Below, piece by piece: positions 1 to 9,232 of a stretch of 64,000 bases of DNA. Within the stretch, counting starts at the first letter, position 1; every line of letters starts with the position of its first letter. The notes under the pieces were generated by a model. That model was not told the DNA's origin, did no database searches, and worked only from the letters and a program-made list of their open reading frames with translations. Source of the DNA: Desulfatiglandales bacterium (GTDB lineage: Bacteria > Desulfobacterota > DSM-4660 > Desulfatiglandales > Desulfatiglandaceae); NCBI GenBank assembly GCA_963666345.1, contig OY762721.1, positions 1,792,001-1,856,000 on the forward strand, read 5' to 3'. Both the position numbers and the translations under genes were made by a program.

Positions 1-18
1 CAACAGACCTTTATCCAT
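1..18 (-). CDS. possible 5' end of a CDS running off the window (MDKGLL...)
   Basis: ATG at 18 on the minus strand preceded by an AAGGA SD-like motif; only 6 codons are visible. Confidence 0.35.
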
Positions 19-51
19 GGCCGGTCCTTCTAGAAGATTGAATACTTATAT

Positions 52-201
52 TAACGGCTTCGTAAAGACTCCGACTGCTTCGTTATGCTTCATCTTTCGT
101 CATTGCGACGTACAACAAGCACGCCATTCCAAGGAGTTGCAACCCTTGCATCTGGAGCTTTTTACTTCACCGTCTCAATTATGACTTTTTATGAATTCAT
201 C
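52..201. repeat. REP/MITE-like palindromic intergenic repeat
   Basis: Left end TAACGGCTTCGTAAAGACTCC has imperfect inverted copies at about 154-174 (GGAGCTTTTTACTTCACCGTC) and 183-201 (GACTTTTTATGAATTCATC); related ends occur at 41141-41160 and 38594-38634. Confidence 0.65.
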
Positions 202-205
202 TACA

Positions 206-287
206 TGGATCTTCTCCCGATTAGTCGGTCGACCGGCATATCTTTTTTACACGGTGCAACATATCAGGATTCGAGTGTCCAAGGGGC
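206..287 (+). repeat. dispersed repeat copy (TGGATCTTCTCCCGATTAGTCGG...), also present at 23115
   Basis: About 70-80 nt align with few mismatches to 23115-23200. Confidence 0.85.
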
Positions 288-841
288 CAGGAAAAAAGGC
301 TTGTATATTTTGCCCCTTGCGGACACAGTTCGCTCCTGAAAAAAACCAGTTTATCAAGCATGCAGGTCGGGCCGGCGACACCCATATGCCTTGAAAGGGC
401 ATCATCAAGATTTTTGCCCGGCCTGCAGGCTTTCCGAAACCTTCCGATCGTAAGATGCGGCCTGAAGGCCCTTTTCTCCCGCCTGACTCCAAAAGGGATA
501 AGGATTTCCTGAATCTCGTCCCGGAAACGCCCCATTCTTTCAAGATCACCGTTAAGGCCGATCCAGATCACCCTCGGGTTACCTCTGCCGGGGAAAATCC
601 CGGCGCCGTCCAGGCGCATCTCAAAAGGCGAATGACGCCTGCAGATCCTGTCCGCTGAAAAGGCTATTTTCTCGATATCATCTTCAGGCACACTTCCAAG
701 AAAGACAACGGTTAGATGGATATTTTCCTTTTTGACCCATCTCACATCAAGGTCACAGCTCCTGAACCGGTCATGGGCATCTGAAAGCGGCCCGGCCATG
801 CCGGGAGGAAGCTCAAATGCCAGGAAGGAACGGATATCCAT
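221..841 (-). CDS. thpR: RNA 2',3'-cyclic phosphodiesterase (2H phosphoesterase)
   Basis: Two HxT motifs (NIHLTV, PHLTI), RSFLA N-terminus, PRVIW; lies downstream of cinA as is usual. Confidence 0.92.
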   Translation of the reverse strand: MDIRSFLAFELPPGMAGPLSDAHDRFRSCDLDVRWVKKENIHLTVVFLGSVPEDDIEKIAFSADRICRRHSPFEMRLDGAGIFPGRGNPRVIWIGLNGDLERMGRFRDEIQEILIPFGVRREKRAFRPHLTIGRFRKACRPGKNLDDALSRHMGVAGPTCMLDKLVFFRSELCPQGAKYTSLFSWPLGHSNPDMLHRVKKICRSTD

Positions 842-2066
842 CTATATACCTTCTTATCCAGTCAAGCGCCATTGCCGACGCATTGAGTTTGACCTTTTCT
901 CTGCTCCCCCGGAACCGGTACATGCCTGTAAAGGTATCCTTTTCACCGTCAATGCCCAGATAGACCGTTCCCACCGGCTTGGACATGGTTCCCCCCCCAG
1001 GTCCGGCTATACCGGTAACGGAGATTCCAAGATCGGTTCTGAAATATTTCCTTACTCCCTTTGCCATTTCTTCCGCGGTATTACCGCTCACGGCCCCGTA
1101 TCTATCCAGGGTCTCGGGATTCACCTTGAGAAGGTCTATCTTTGCCCTATTACTGTAGGCCACGATTCCTCCCATGAAGTATCCCGAGCTTCCCGGTACT
1201 TCCGTAAGCCTGTGTCCCAGCAGGCCTCCTGTGCACGATTCTGCGACAGAGATGGTGTAAGAGCCCTTTAAAAGCATTTTCCCAACCACCTCCGCCATAG
1301 ACTCGGGGCCGGATGAAAATATGTACTCTCCGATCAGACGCCTGATTTCTCTTTCAGCCCTGTCAAGCTCTCCGGTGACAGAAGATTCATTCTCCCCCCT
1401 GAGACTCAGGGTAATATGATTCTCCGGAAAATCGGGATAAAAACCGAGCAGGATACCCGTCTTACCCTTGAGCTCCTTCAACGCCTCTGATATACCGGGC
1501 TCCTCCAGTCCATACAGTTTCAGTATCCTCTGTCTCATGACAGGGAGGGTATCACAGCAACCGACTATCTCCGGAAGCACAAACTTGTCCAGCAGATATC
1601 GCATCTGATCAGGCACACCCGGAAGAAAATAGAGGCGCACAGCCCCCTTTTCAAGTGAATAGCCGCAGGCGTCACCTTTCGGGTTTAGTATCCTTGAACC
1701 TTCAGGCATAAAGGCCATCTTGCTTAATGAGGAGTTCATCTGAGAGCCCCTCCGCTCAAAATGGCCTTTTATCTTTTCAAAAAGATAGTTATTGCGCTCA
1801 AGAGGCCTTTCAAGGGCCTTCGCGGCAATCTCGCTTGTCATATCATCATCGGTTGAACCTAGTCCTCCGGTTATTATTACAAAACCGGAATCCCTGACAG
1901 CCCTTTTAAGGGCGTTCGACACCATCTCAGGATCATCTCCGACAGAGGTGATCCTGGTTACCCCCAGGCCGGAAGCTATCAGACGACCTGCGGCATACCA
2001 TGAATTCAGATCAAGGGCTCTGCCTGATACGAGCTCATTTCCTATGGTGATAATTTCGCAATCCAT
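813..2066 (-). CDS. cinA: CinA family protein (MoCF-like domain plus NMN deamidase PncC domain)
   Basis: IITIGNEL, TGGLGSTDDDMT, LPGVP; C-terminal AESCTGG, YSNRAK, GAVS, TGIAGPGGG. Confidence 0.95.
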   Translation of the reverse strand: MDCEIITIGNELVSGRALDLNSWYAAGRLIASGLGVTRITSVGDDPEMVSNALKRAVRDSGFVIITGGLGSTDDDMTSEIAAKALERPLERNNYLFEKIKGHFERRGSQMNSSLSKMAFMPEGSRILNPKGDACGYSLEKGAVRLYFLPGVPDQMRYLLDKFVLPEIVGCCDTLPVMRQRILKLYGLEEPGISEALKELKGKTGILLGFYPDFPENHITLSLRGENESSVTGELDRAEREIRRLIGEYIFSSGPESMAEVVGKMLLKGSYTISVAESCTGGLLGHRLTEVPGSSGYFMGGIVAYSNRAKIDLLKVNPETLDRYGAVSGNTAEEMAKGVRKYFRTDLGISVTGIAGPGGGTMSKPVGTVYLGIDGEKDTFTGMYRFRGSREKVKLNASAMALDWIRRYIDGYPFLPGI

Positions 2067-2113
2067 CTGCCGAACGCCTTTGATTTAGACTGAATCATAC
2101 ACAAAACAGGTTA

Positions 2114-2656
2114 TTAAACACAAACACTCATCAGTTTAAGGCAGACGGCGGAATAGGCGCCGGCCATGAGATCATCCGCAACTATCCCTGTCCCCCCCTT
2201 TAATTTTTCAAGTCTCCTTATGGGAAACGGCTTTAAGATATCAAAAAAGCGAAAAAACAGAAAGCCCGCCCCCAGCATTGTCCAGGAAGGCTCTACAAAG
2301 GAGACTGCAAGCAGGTAGCCCGCGACTTCATCTATGACGACCTCCCGGGGATCCTTCCGTTTAAGTGCCTCCTGAGCCTTACCTGACGTCCATACCGCTA
2401 TGATTGTAACCAGAGTGATGAGTAAAAACCGCGCAGGCCCGCCAAGGTGCCACATCAAAAGGATAAGGGGGACCGTTGCGATGCTGCCGCATGTCCCAGG
2501 GGCGAACGGCGATAGCCCGAAGCCGAACCATGAGGAAATAACCAGTGAAATCTTCCCCCGACGGCCTGATTGCCTGAAGGCATCCAGGAAGGCTAAATTA
2601 TCAGATTGCGAGTTTGGCATCAACAAGGTTGTGTGAGAAATTATCTTATTGTTCAC
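2114..2656 (-). CDS. pgpA: phosphatidylglycerophosphatase A
   Basis: APGTCGS, DPREVVIDEVAG, FRFFDILKP, GIVADDLMAG; start codon uncertain. Confidence 0.93.
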   Translation of the reverse strand: MNNKIISHTTLLMPNSQSDNLAFLDAFRQSGRRGKISLVISSWFGFGLSPFAPGTCGSIATVPLILLMWHLGGPARFLLITLVTIIAVWTSGKAQEALKRKDPREVVIDEVAGYLLAVSFVEPSWTMLGAGFLFFRFFDILKPFPIRRLEKLKGGTGIVADDLMAGAYSAVCLKLMSVCV

Positions 2657-2691
2657 GCATGTCTATAAGACGCATAACGGCCTGTCCGTGT

Positions 2692-3855
2692 TCAGCGGTT
2701 AAGTCCCATGACCCAGTAGAAGATTCTTCTTAAAGGGACATCGTTTTTAAGGGCCAGGTCTCTGCACGACTCATATTCAGGCATAATTTCAGCGGATCCG
2801 TCTGCTGAGATGACCTTTTTGACCTTCACCGCCCCCCATGGACTGACAACCTCTTCCTCGGATCTGTTCAGGATTTCTCTTTGACAGTAGCGGAACCTGA
2901 CTCCAAGGGTACTGTTCTCCCTGAAAAATGTCTTTATCAGCTGCTTTTTCTTCTCCGGCCTTGACACGACCTGAACATGGACGGCCGGCCTGTTTTTTTT
3001 CATCTGAACCGGAAAGAAAACCACGTCAAGGGCCCCTGCCTCAAAAAGCCTTTCCATGAGATATCCAAGCCATTCAGGACTTGAATCGTCTGTATCGGTC
3101 TCCAGGACAAGCACCGTTTCGGTCTCATTTCCGGCAGACTCCTGTCCGATCAATATACGAACCAGGTTCGGCCTGTCAGGCAGTTTTCTCGTTCCCACCC
3201 CGTATCCTATCCTGTCGACCGTCATCGGAGGCATGGGACCCTGTGAAACGGAGAGTCCTTTTATGAACGCGGCGCCCGTGGGCGTAACAAGCTCAAAAGG
3301 GAGCCCTGAGTCATATACCGGAATTCCCCTTAAAAGCTCTATCGTGGCAGGGGCGGGGACCGGGATCCTGCCGTGAGCGCACTCGACAAAACCTGAGCCG
3401 AGAGGGATTGTCGAGGTGCATAGAGAATCGATTCCAAGATATGCCAGCCCGTAAACCGCGCCTATTATATCTATTATGGAATCGACCGCACCCACCTCGT
3501 GGAAATGCACCTTGTCGGGAGGAAGATTATGGGCCTTGCCCTCCACCTCCGCAATAAGCTCAAATATATCGACGCATTTTTTCTTTACCGCCTCTTCCAG
3601 GGCTCCTGCCTCGATTATCTCTTTTACGTCCTTCAGGTGTCTGTGAACGTGCCCTTGGCCCTTCAACTCCACGACAAAGCGGGTGCCGAACAGCCCCATC
3701 CGCTCCTCCTTGAATGACCTAAGGCCGTAGCCGTCAAAAGGAAGGCTCATGATCTTGTTTTCAAGCTCTTCAAATGGAAGACCCGCATCCAGAAGCGCGC
3801 CTATGAACATGTCGCCGCTTACCCCTGAAAAACAGTCCAGATATGCTGTTGTCAT
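2692..3855 (-). CDS. larC: nickel-pincer cofactor biosynthesis protein (nickel insertase)
   Basis: YLDCFSGVSGDM, VHFHEVGAVDSIIDI, CAHGRIPVPAPAT, ELVTPTGAA, MKKNRP, PEYE. Confidence 0.95.
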   Translation of the reverse strand: MTTAYLDCFSGVSGDMFIGALLDAGLPFEELENKIMSLPFDGYGLRSFKEERMGLFGTRFVVELKGQGHVHRHLKDVKEIIEAGALEEAVKKKCVDIFELIAEVEGKAHNLPPDKVHFHEVGAVDSIIDIIGAVYGLAYLGIDSLCTSTIPLGSGFVECAHGRIPVPAPATIELLRGIPVYDSGLPFELVTPTGAAFIKGLSVSQGPMPPMTVDRIGYGVGTRKLPDRPNLVRILIGQESAGNETETVLVLETDTDDSSPEWLGYLMERLFEAGALDVVFFPVQMKKNRPAVHVQVVSRPEKKKQLIKTFFRENSTLGVRFRYCQREILNRSEEEVVSPWGAVKVKKVISADGSAEIMPEYESCRDLALKNDVPLRRIFYWVMGLNR

Positions 3856-3945
3856 TTAAAAATCCTTCTATGGAATTTGCCTCTTCCTGAAAAAGGAAAA
3901 TTTGATATCCCCTCAAAGGATCAAGGAGAGGTCCTGCTGATCATA

Positions 3946-3975
3946 AAAAGCCCTGCCCTTTTGGGCAAGGCTTTT
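3946..3975. terminator. intrinsic terminator downstream of the Fe-S oxidoreductase gene (possibly bidirectional)
   Basis: AAAAGCCCTGCCC-TTTT-GGGCAAGGCTTTT stem-loop with T runs on both strands. Confidence 0.7.
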
Positions 3976-3997
3976 ATTCCGTATGCACCTTAAAATA

Positions 3998-5167
3998 TCA
4001 AATTACCTCTGCAATCAATTCGGAGATATCCCTTATCTCAATCTGTTCCTCTCTGTTGGTTGTCTTTCTACTGTCCTCAAGCATTGAAATACAGTAAGGA
4101 CAGGCCGTGGCGAGTATCGAGGCCCCAGTAGTACACGCCTCTTCTATTCTCAGGTCCGAGAAACGCCATTCAGGCTTTGTCTCCATCCAGAGCCTGCCCC
4201 CTCCTGCTCCGCAGCACAGGCTCTCTTTTCTGCTCCTTTTCATCTCCACAAGATTTCCGCCCGTAACCGCGGAGATAAGCTCTCTCGGGGCGTCATACAC
4301 CTCACAGTGCCTTCCGAGATAGCATGGATCATGATAGGTCACCTTTTTGTCGATAGGGCCTGACAGCTTCAGATTTCCCTCCCTCAAAAGACCGGCAAGG
4401 AATTCCGTATAATGAAGCACCTCGAAATCCGCACCCAGTTCGGGATATTCGTTCTTGAACGTATAAAGGCAGTGGGGTGAGGTGGTAATTATCTTTTTAA
4501 CCCCCCTTTCCTTAAAAAGCGCTATGTTTTTCCGCGCCATATCGTTGAACAGCTCCTCGTCTCCGATCTTTCTCACCGATTCGGAGCAGCAGGTCTCCTG
4601 GTCACCTATGACGCCGAAACTTACACCGGCCGCGCCGAGAACCTTGACCATGGATTTGGCTATGTTCTGACTTCTCGGGTCATAGCAGGATGTGCAGCAG
4701 ACAAAAAGAAAATATTCCGTATCATCACCAAAGTCGGGAACCTCAATGCCTTCCATCCAGGCCGCTCTCTTATCCCTCGGCTCGGACCAGGGGTTGCCGT
4801 TGCTGTGAACGCTGCCGGTGACCGTTCTGAGGACCGATGGTATGGCGCCCGTCTCCGCTATCATGGACCGCATGGCCCTTACGACATCTATGATCGTAAC
4901 CCCCCTGGGGCACTTGAGCACACACTTGTTGCAGGTGGTGCAGCCGTAGAGGATGTCGTCTGATTCATAGCCTTCCACCCCCAGCTGGGCCATCCTTATC
5001 AGCTTTCTTATATTGAAAGTTCCGTCTACTATGCGCCAGGGACAGGAACCCGCGCACATGCCGCACTGCATGCAGAGGTTGAGTTTTTCCGCGCCCATGG
5101 CAACGAGGGCTTCATTTACTTCGTAAAACGGCGTCATTGCTGTCATAAGATCATTCGCTCCTTTCAT
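3998..5167 (-). CDS. HdrD/GlpC-like Fe-S oxidoreductase (two 4Fe-4S motifs plus two CCG domains)
   Basis: CMQCGMCAGSCP, CTTCNKCVLKCP, YHDPCYLGRH, CCGAGGG, TACPYC. Confidence 0.9.
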   Translation of the reverse strand: MKGANDLMTAMTPFYEVNEALVAMGAEKLNLCMQCGMCAGSCPWRIVDGTFNIRKLIRMAQLGVEGYESDDILYGCTTCNKCVLKCPRGVTIIDVVRAMRSMIAETGAIPSVLRTVTGSVHSNGNPWSEPRDKRAAWMEGIEVPDFGDDTEYFLFVCCTSCYDPRSQNIAKSMVKVLGAAGVSFGVIGDQETCCSESVRKIGDEELFNDMARKNIALFKERGVKKIITTSPHCLYTFKNEYPELGADFEVLHYTEFLAGLLREGNLKLSGPIDKKVTYHDPCYLGRHCEVYDAPRELISAVTGGNLVEMKRSRKESLCCGAGGGRLWMETKPEWRFSDLRIEEACTTGASILATACPYCISMLEDSRKTTNREEQIEIRDISELIAEVI

Positions 5168-5586
5168 TTGAAAAGAAAGACCCGATTAACCGCAAAGAAA
5201 ATTAAGGCAAAACCCCTCTGATAAGATTTTGTGATAAAAGAATATTTTCCAGGAAAATCGGGACTTTTTTAGCAGAACCGACCCTTTATGTCAACAAAAG
5301 CGGTGCCCCCAAGCCGCCGCCGGGGCATCATCTGTCCCGCTTCAACGGGGTTGTCCCTGATCCCGCCTGCGCGGGATAGATCAAAGGCCTCGGACATAAC
5401 TCTCAGGCGGCCCTCACAGGCTCGACTTGTATCCGGAGCTTACCGTGCCGTCTAAATCTTGATCTCTTACGAGTGCATCGCAATAGGTAAAGAAAAAGGC
5501 GGAACCGCATATATTCAAGGCTGATGAAAGACAAGGGATAAGTAATACCATTTAAAATCGACTCGGTGCTCCCGGTTACCTCTGAT

Positions 5587-7935
5587 CTAATCCAGGATTT
5601 CACGCAGTTTGATCGAAAGCGCCTCCAGGTCAAAGGGCTTCTGAATGAACCCGTCGCAACCCCGTTCAAGGATCTCCGTTGCCTCCCCGTCCAGGCTGTA
5701 CCCGCTGGACAGAAGCACCTTTACGGAGGGATCAATCTCCATGAGGCGGTCATAGGTATCACCGCCGTCCATGCCTGGCATCCTTATATCCAGAATCACC
5801 AGGTCGACCTTTCCGATGTTTTCCGTGTAACTTTCGATAGCCTTTTCTCCGCTGCCGGCTGTCAGCACATCATACCCCAGAGCCTTCAACATGTCATTGC
5901 CTATACCAAGGATCATCTCTTCATCGTCAACAAGAAGTACCGTCTCGCTGCCCTTTAACAGTTCTTTCCCTGTCATTTTTCTTTTTTTCCCCTTTTTATC
6001 CCCTGCCGGAAGAAAAATTTCAAACATGGTTCCTTGTCCCGGTTCACTTTGAATATCTACCATTCCGCCATGATTTTTTATGATTCCATATACAGATGCC
6101 AGACCCAGGCCCGCCCCTCTTTTCATCCGTCTTGTGGTATAAAAGGGATCAAAGGCACGTTTTCTGGCCTTTTCATCCATTCCCACGCCTGTATCTCTAA
6201 CCGATATCCTTACATAATCCCCGGACTTAAGACCCAGTGAACCTCCCTTTTTTGCCCCAAGCAAGGCATTTTCGGTTTCGATAAATATGTCGCCTCCCTC
6301 CGGCATTGAATCAGCGGCATTCACAAAAAGATTTACCAGGGCTGTCTCGATCTGCCCCTTGTCCGCCTCTACGGTTGAAAGATCCTTGGCAAGATTCCTC
6401 CGTATCCTCACATCGCGTCTTGTTCTCCCGAACATATCAGAGGTTACTGTGATAAGGAAGTTAAGATCGGCAGGCAGGACCTCATATTTTCCGCCCCTTG
6501 AAAACCCGAGAAGCTGTTTGTTCAAATCTGAAGCGGTTCTTACATATTCCTCAATTTTCTGCAGGTAACGGCGATTGGGATCATCCGGATCGCTTTTCAA
6601 TTTTAAAAGCGATGCCGACCCCTGGATACCTGTAAGTATGTTATTGAAATCATGCGCAACACCGCCGGCAAGGGTCCCTACCGCCTCCATTTTCTGGGAA
6701 TGAAAAAGCTGAAGCTCAAGTTTTTTCAGCTCTGTGACGTCCCGCAGGAAGTTTAACATAGCGGGGGATCCATTCCAGCTGATGATAACCGAGTTCCCCT
6801 GCAAAAAGACATCTTCGGCCTGCGCGTCTTTTATCCTGAAGGTACCTAGGGTGGGGACAGACTCCCCATCCATCCCCTGACTTCGCCTTTGTTTAAGTTT
6901 TACGCGATCCGCCGGATGAATCATTTCAAGATATTTCATACCCAGAAGCCTATCAAGGTGATACCCTGAAATAGATGCGGCGCTGGCATTGGCATATCTG
7001 ATAACACCGTCCTGTGTGACAACCACCGCATCTATGGCGTTTTCCACAAGCGCACGGTACTTTTCTTCAGATTCCCGCAACGCCTTTTCCGCCTTTTTCC
7101 GCTTTGAGATATCCATGTACACGGCGTATATACCTATAACCTGATCCTCAAAGGTCACCGGCACACCGAAGAATTCGACATCTATAAGGACCCTGTCCTT
7201 TCTATACCTCCTTCCCTCGCCATAAACAGATTCACCCTTTAAGGCCTTTTTGGAAAAATAAGTCGCCTCATCATACAACTCCTCTACCGCGACCACATCA
7301 TCAAGATCCCGGCCTATGAGTTCTGATTCAGCATACTGAAAAAGCCTTTCAAACTGCCGGTTGCAGGAGACAATTTGATGTTTTTCATCCAGGGTGGCAA
7401 TGGCCAGGATATTGTTTTCCAGAAGGGATTCAAGGCACTCCTTTTCCCTTGCAAGCTGCCTTTCATATTCCTTTCTGGCGCTTATGTCCCTTACGATCGC
7501 CTGAAGAAAGACATCCCCTGAAATCTCAAAACGATTCAAAAAGACCTCGCTGTAAAACAGCGTTCCATCGCATCTGGCATGGACCCATTCAAAGGCCTGG
7601 GCGGTTCCGTCCATGGCAAGACGCATCTTTTCCACCGCCTTTTTCTCTGAATTCTCCCCGTCCGGCTGAAGCTCCGGGGAAAGCCGGGCAGGGGATTTAC
7701 CGACGATCTGCTCTCTGGAACAGCCGAACATCCTGAATGTGGCGGGATTACATTCAGTAAAAAGTCCGTCCTTCAGGGTGAATATGGAGGCGTCGGCACT
7801 CTCAAAAAGGGTCCTGAATTTCACCTCTTTCCGGCTCAACAGGGCCACCTGACATTCGAGTTCCTCCACCCTTTTGCTGTATCTTGAAAGCTCATCAAGG
7901 AGCTCATCTTTTGTAAACCCTTTTTGTCCGACCAT
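5587..7935 (-). CDS. multi-PAS hybrid sensor histidine kinase/response regulator
   Basis: Three PAS/PAC repeats, LAGGVAHDFNN H-box, DTGVG and GAGLGL ATPase boxes, C-terminal receiver (LLVDDE, ILDIRMP, IQKP). Confidence 0.93.
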   Translation of the reverse strand: MVGQKGFTKDELLDELSRYSKRVEELECQVALLSRKEVKFRTLFESADASIFTLKDGLFTECNPATFRMFGCSREQIVGKSPARLSPELQPDGENSEKKAVEKMRLAMDGTAQAFEWVHARCDGTLFYSEVFLNRFEISGDVFLQAIVRDISARKEYERQLAREKECLESLLENNILAIATLDEKHQIVSCNRQFERLFQYAESELIGRDLDDVVAVEELYDEATYFSKKALKGESVYGEGRRYRKDRVLIDVEFFGVPVTFEDQVIGIYAVYMDISKRKKAEKALRESEEKYRALVENAIDAVVVTQDGVIRYANASAASISGYHLDRLLGMKYLEMIHPADRVKLKQRRSQGMDGESVPTLGTFRIKDAQAEDVFLQGNSVIISWNGSPAMLNFLRDVTELKKLELQLFHSQKMEAVGTLAGGVAHDFNNILTGIQGSASLLKLKSDPDDPNRRYLQKIEEYVRTASDLNKQLLGFSRGGKYEVLPADLNFLITVTSDMFGRTRRDVRIRRNLAKDLSTVEADKGQIETALVNLFVNAADSMPEGGDIFIETENALLGAKKGGSLGLKSGDYVRISVRDTGVGMDEKARKRAFDPFYTTRRMKRGAGLGLASVYGIIKNHGGMVDIQSEPGQGTMFEIFLPAGDKKGKKRKMTGKELLKGSETVLLVDDEEMILGIGNDMLKALGYDVLTAGSGEKAIESYTENIGKVDLVILDIRMPGMDGGDTYDRLMEIDPSVKVLLSSGYSLDGEATEILERGCDGFIQKPFDLEALSIKLREILD

Positions 7936-8472
7936 TTAACAGCCTCAAATCAGATAAAAACAGCTTAAAATCGCAGACTTAATACCGTACGTTTTTCTCA
8001 CCCCTGCCTTATAGATCTTAGCTATATTATGTTTATATATTTTTACATATTGATAATTTACATATCACAACTTAATGTAAAGCCCAATACAAAAATGTTA
8101 TCTTAAAGTTTCATCAGAAAGAGTCGGTAGATATTGCCGGCTCCGCTTCAACTTGGCCGGACCGGATGATCCAGGGAAAGGTCTCAAAACCTCCTTATTT
8201 GAAAATCCCAAAATTTACAGGCCGACTAAATACCGGTTTTTGAATTTTTCCCGATTTAATCATACAACAGGCAGATCCGATCCCTTACTTCCAAAATCGT
8301 CAGCCAGATTGATGTCTGAATTTACCCCCTTTGCTTCCTTGTCCATATTATGCTATGAACACGACTGTTTCAAACCAGCCACTTTAATACCCTAATATAT
8401 CAATATTAATAGAATACGATCAGGATGGTTACCTCTTTACATGTCCGGGGAACATCATCTTAAGGAGAAGTA

Positions 8473-8856
8473 ATGAACAAATTATTGGTAATAGGTATCG
8501 GAGGATTTCTGGGTTCCATATTCAGGTACATCATCGGCGGATATGTACAGAGATGGTCTGGAAGTATTTATTTTCCCTATGGCACGCTTGCAGTAAATCT
8601 TATAGGCTGTCTTTTGATCGGCATGCTTTCCAGAATGGATGAAATGCGGCATGTAATGTCGCCTGAAACAAGGACCTTGATTTTTATAGGACTTCTGGGT
8701 GCATTTACCACCTTTTCGACCTTCAGCAACGAAACCATAGACCTCATGAACGACAGGAGATTTATTTCTGCTTTCACAAATATAGCTTTTCATATAATAT
8801 TTGGTCTGGCTGCAGTGATGATCGGTAGAGTAACAACATACATCATATGGAGATAG
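8473..8856 (+). CDS. crcB: fluoride efflux channel CrcB/Fluc
   Basis: GGFLGSIFRY, FPYGTLAVN, GLLGAFTTFSTF; AAGGAG SD. Confidence 0.95.
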   Translation: MNKLLVIGIGGFLGSIFRYIIGGYVQRWSGSIYFPYGTLAVNLIGCLLIGMLSRMDEMRHVMSPETRTLIFIGLLGAFTTFSTFSNETIDLMNDRRFISAFTNIAFHIIFGLAAVMIGRVTTYIIWR

Positions 8857-8859
8857 GCA

Positions 8860-9195
8860 ATGGAAATGTCTGAAAGTAGCCAGCTTCTGAGGATCTTTGT
8901 CGGTGAAAGCGACAGACATGAGGGAAGGGCCCTTTACAAGTGGATAGTCCTCAAGGCAAAAGAACAGGGCCTTGCAGGGGCCACCGTGTTAAGAGGCATG
9001 ATGGGTTTCGGCGCCAACAGCAGGATACACACATCCAGAATCCTGCGGCTTTCGGAAGACCTCCCTGTAGTGGTAGAGATTATTGATGAAGAAGAAAAAC
9101 TGAGAAATTTTCTCTCCCTTATCGACCCTGCTATAAAGGAAGGGCTTGCCACCCTTGAAAAGGCACGCGTCCAGATATACAGAAGCAGCAAGTAG
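8860..9195 (+). CDS. DUF190 family PII-like protein
   Basis: LLRIFVGESD, GLAGATVLRGMMGFG, LSEDLPVVVEIID; usual crcB partner. Confidence 0.92.
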   Translation: MEMSESSQLLRIFVGESDRHEGRALYKWIVLKAKEQGLAGATVLRGMMGFGANSRIHTSRILRLSEDLPVVVEIIDEEEKLRNFLSLIDPAIKEGLATLEKARVQIYRSSK

Positions 9196-9232
9196 CGCTT
9201 TTTCTCTCACAATCTGCCGGGGGGGTGGCATT

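Noticed and set aside
1..220. recA expected downstream of cinA-thpR
   Set aside because: The six visible codons (MDKGLL) are insufficient to assign any gene
85..394. short plus-strand ORFs
   Set aside because: They run through palindromic repeats and the antisense of thpR
5403..5669. 88-aa minus-strand ORF as a gene or transposase remnant
   Set aside because: Overlaps the kinase 3' end, has no SD and no recognisable motif
8300..8472. fluoride riboswitch upstream of crcB
   Set aside because: No GGnGATGnnnTCnCC / AACCGC / CTGATGAC-type consensus visible
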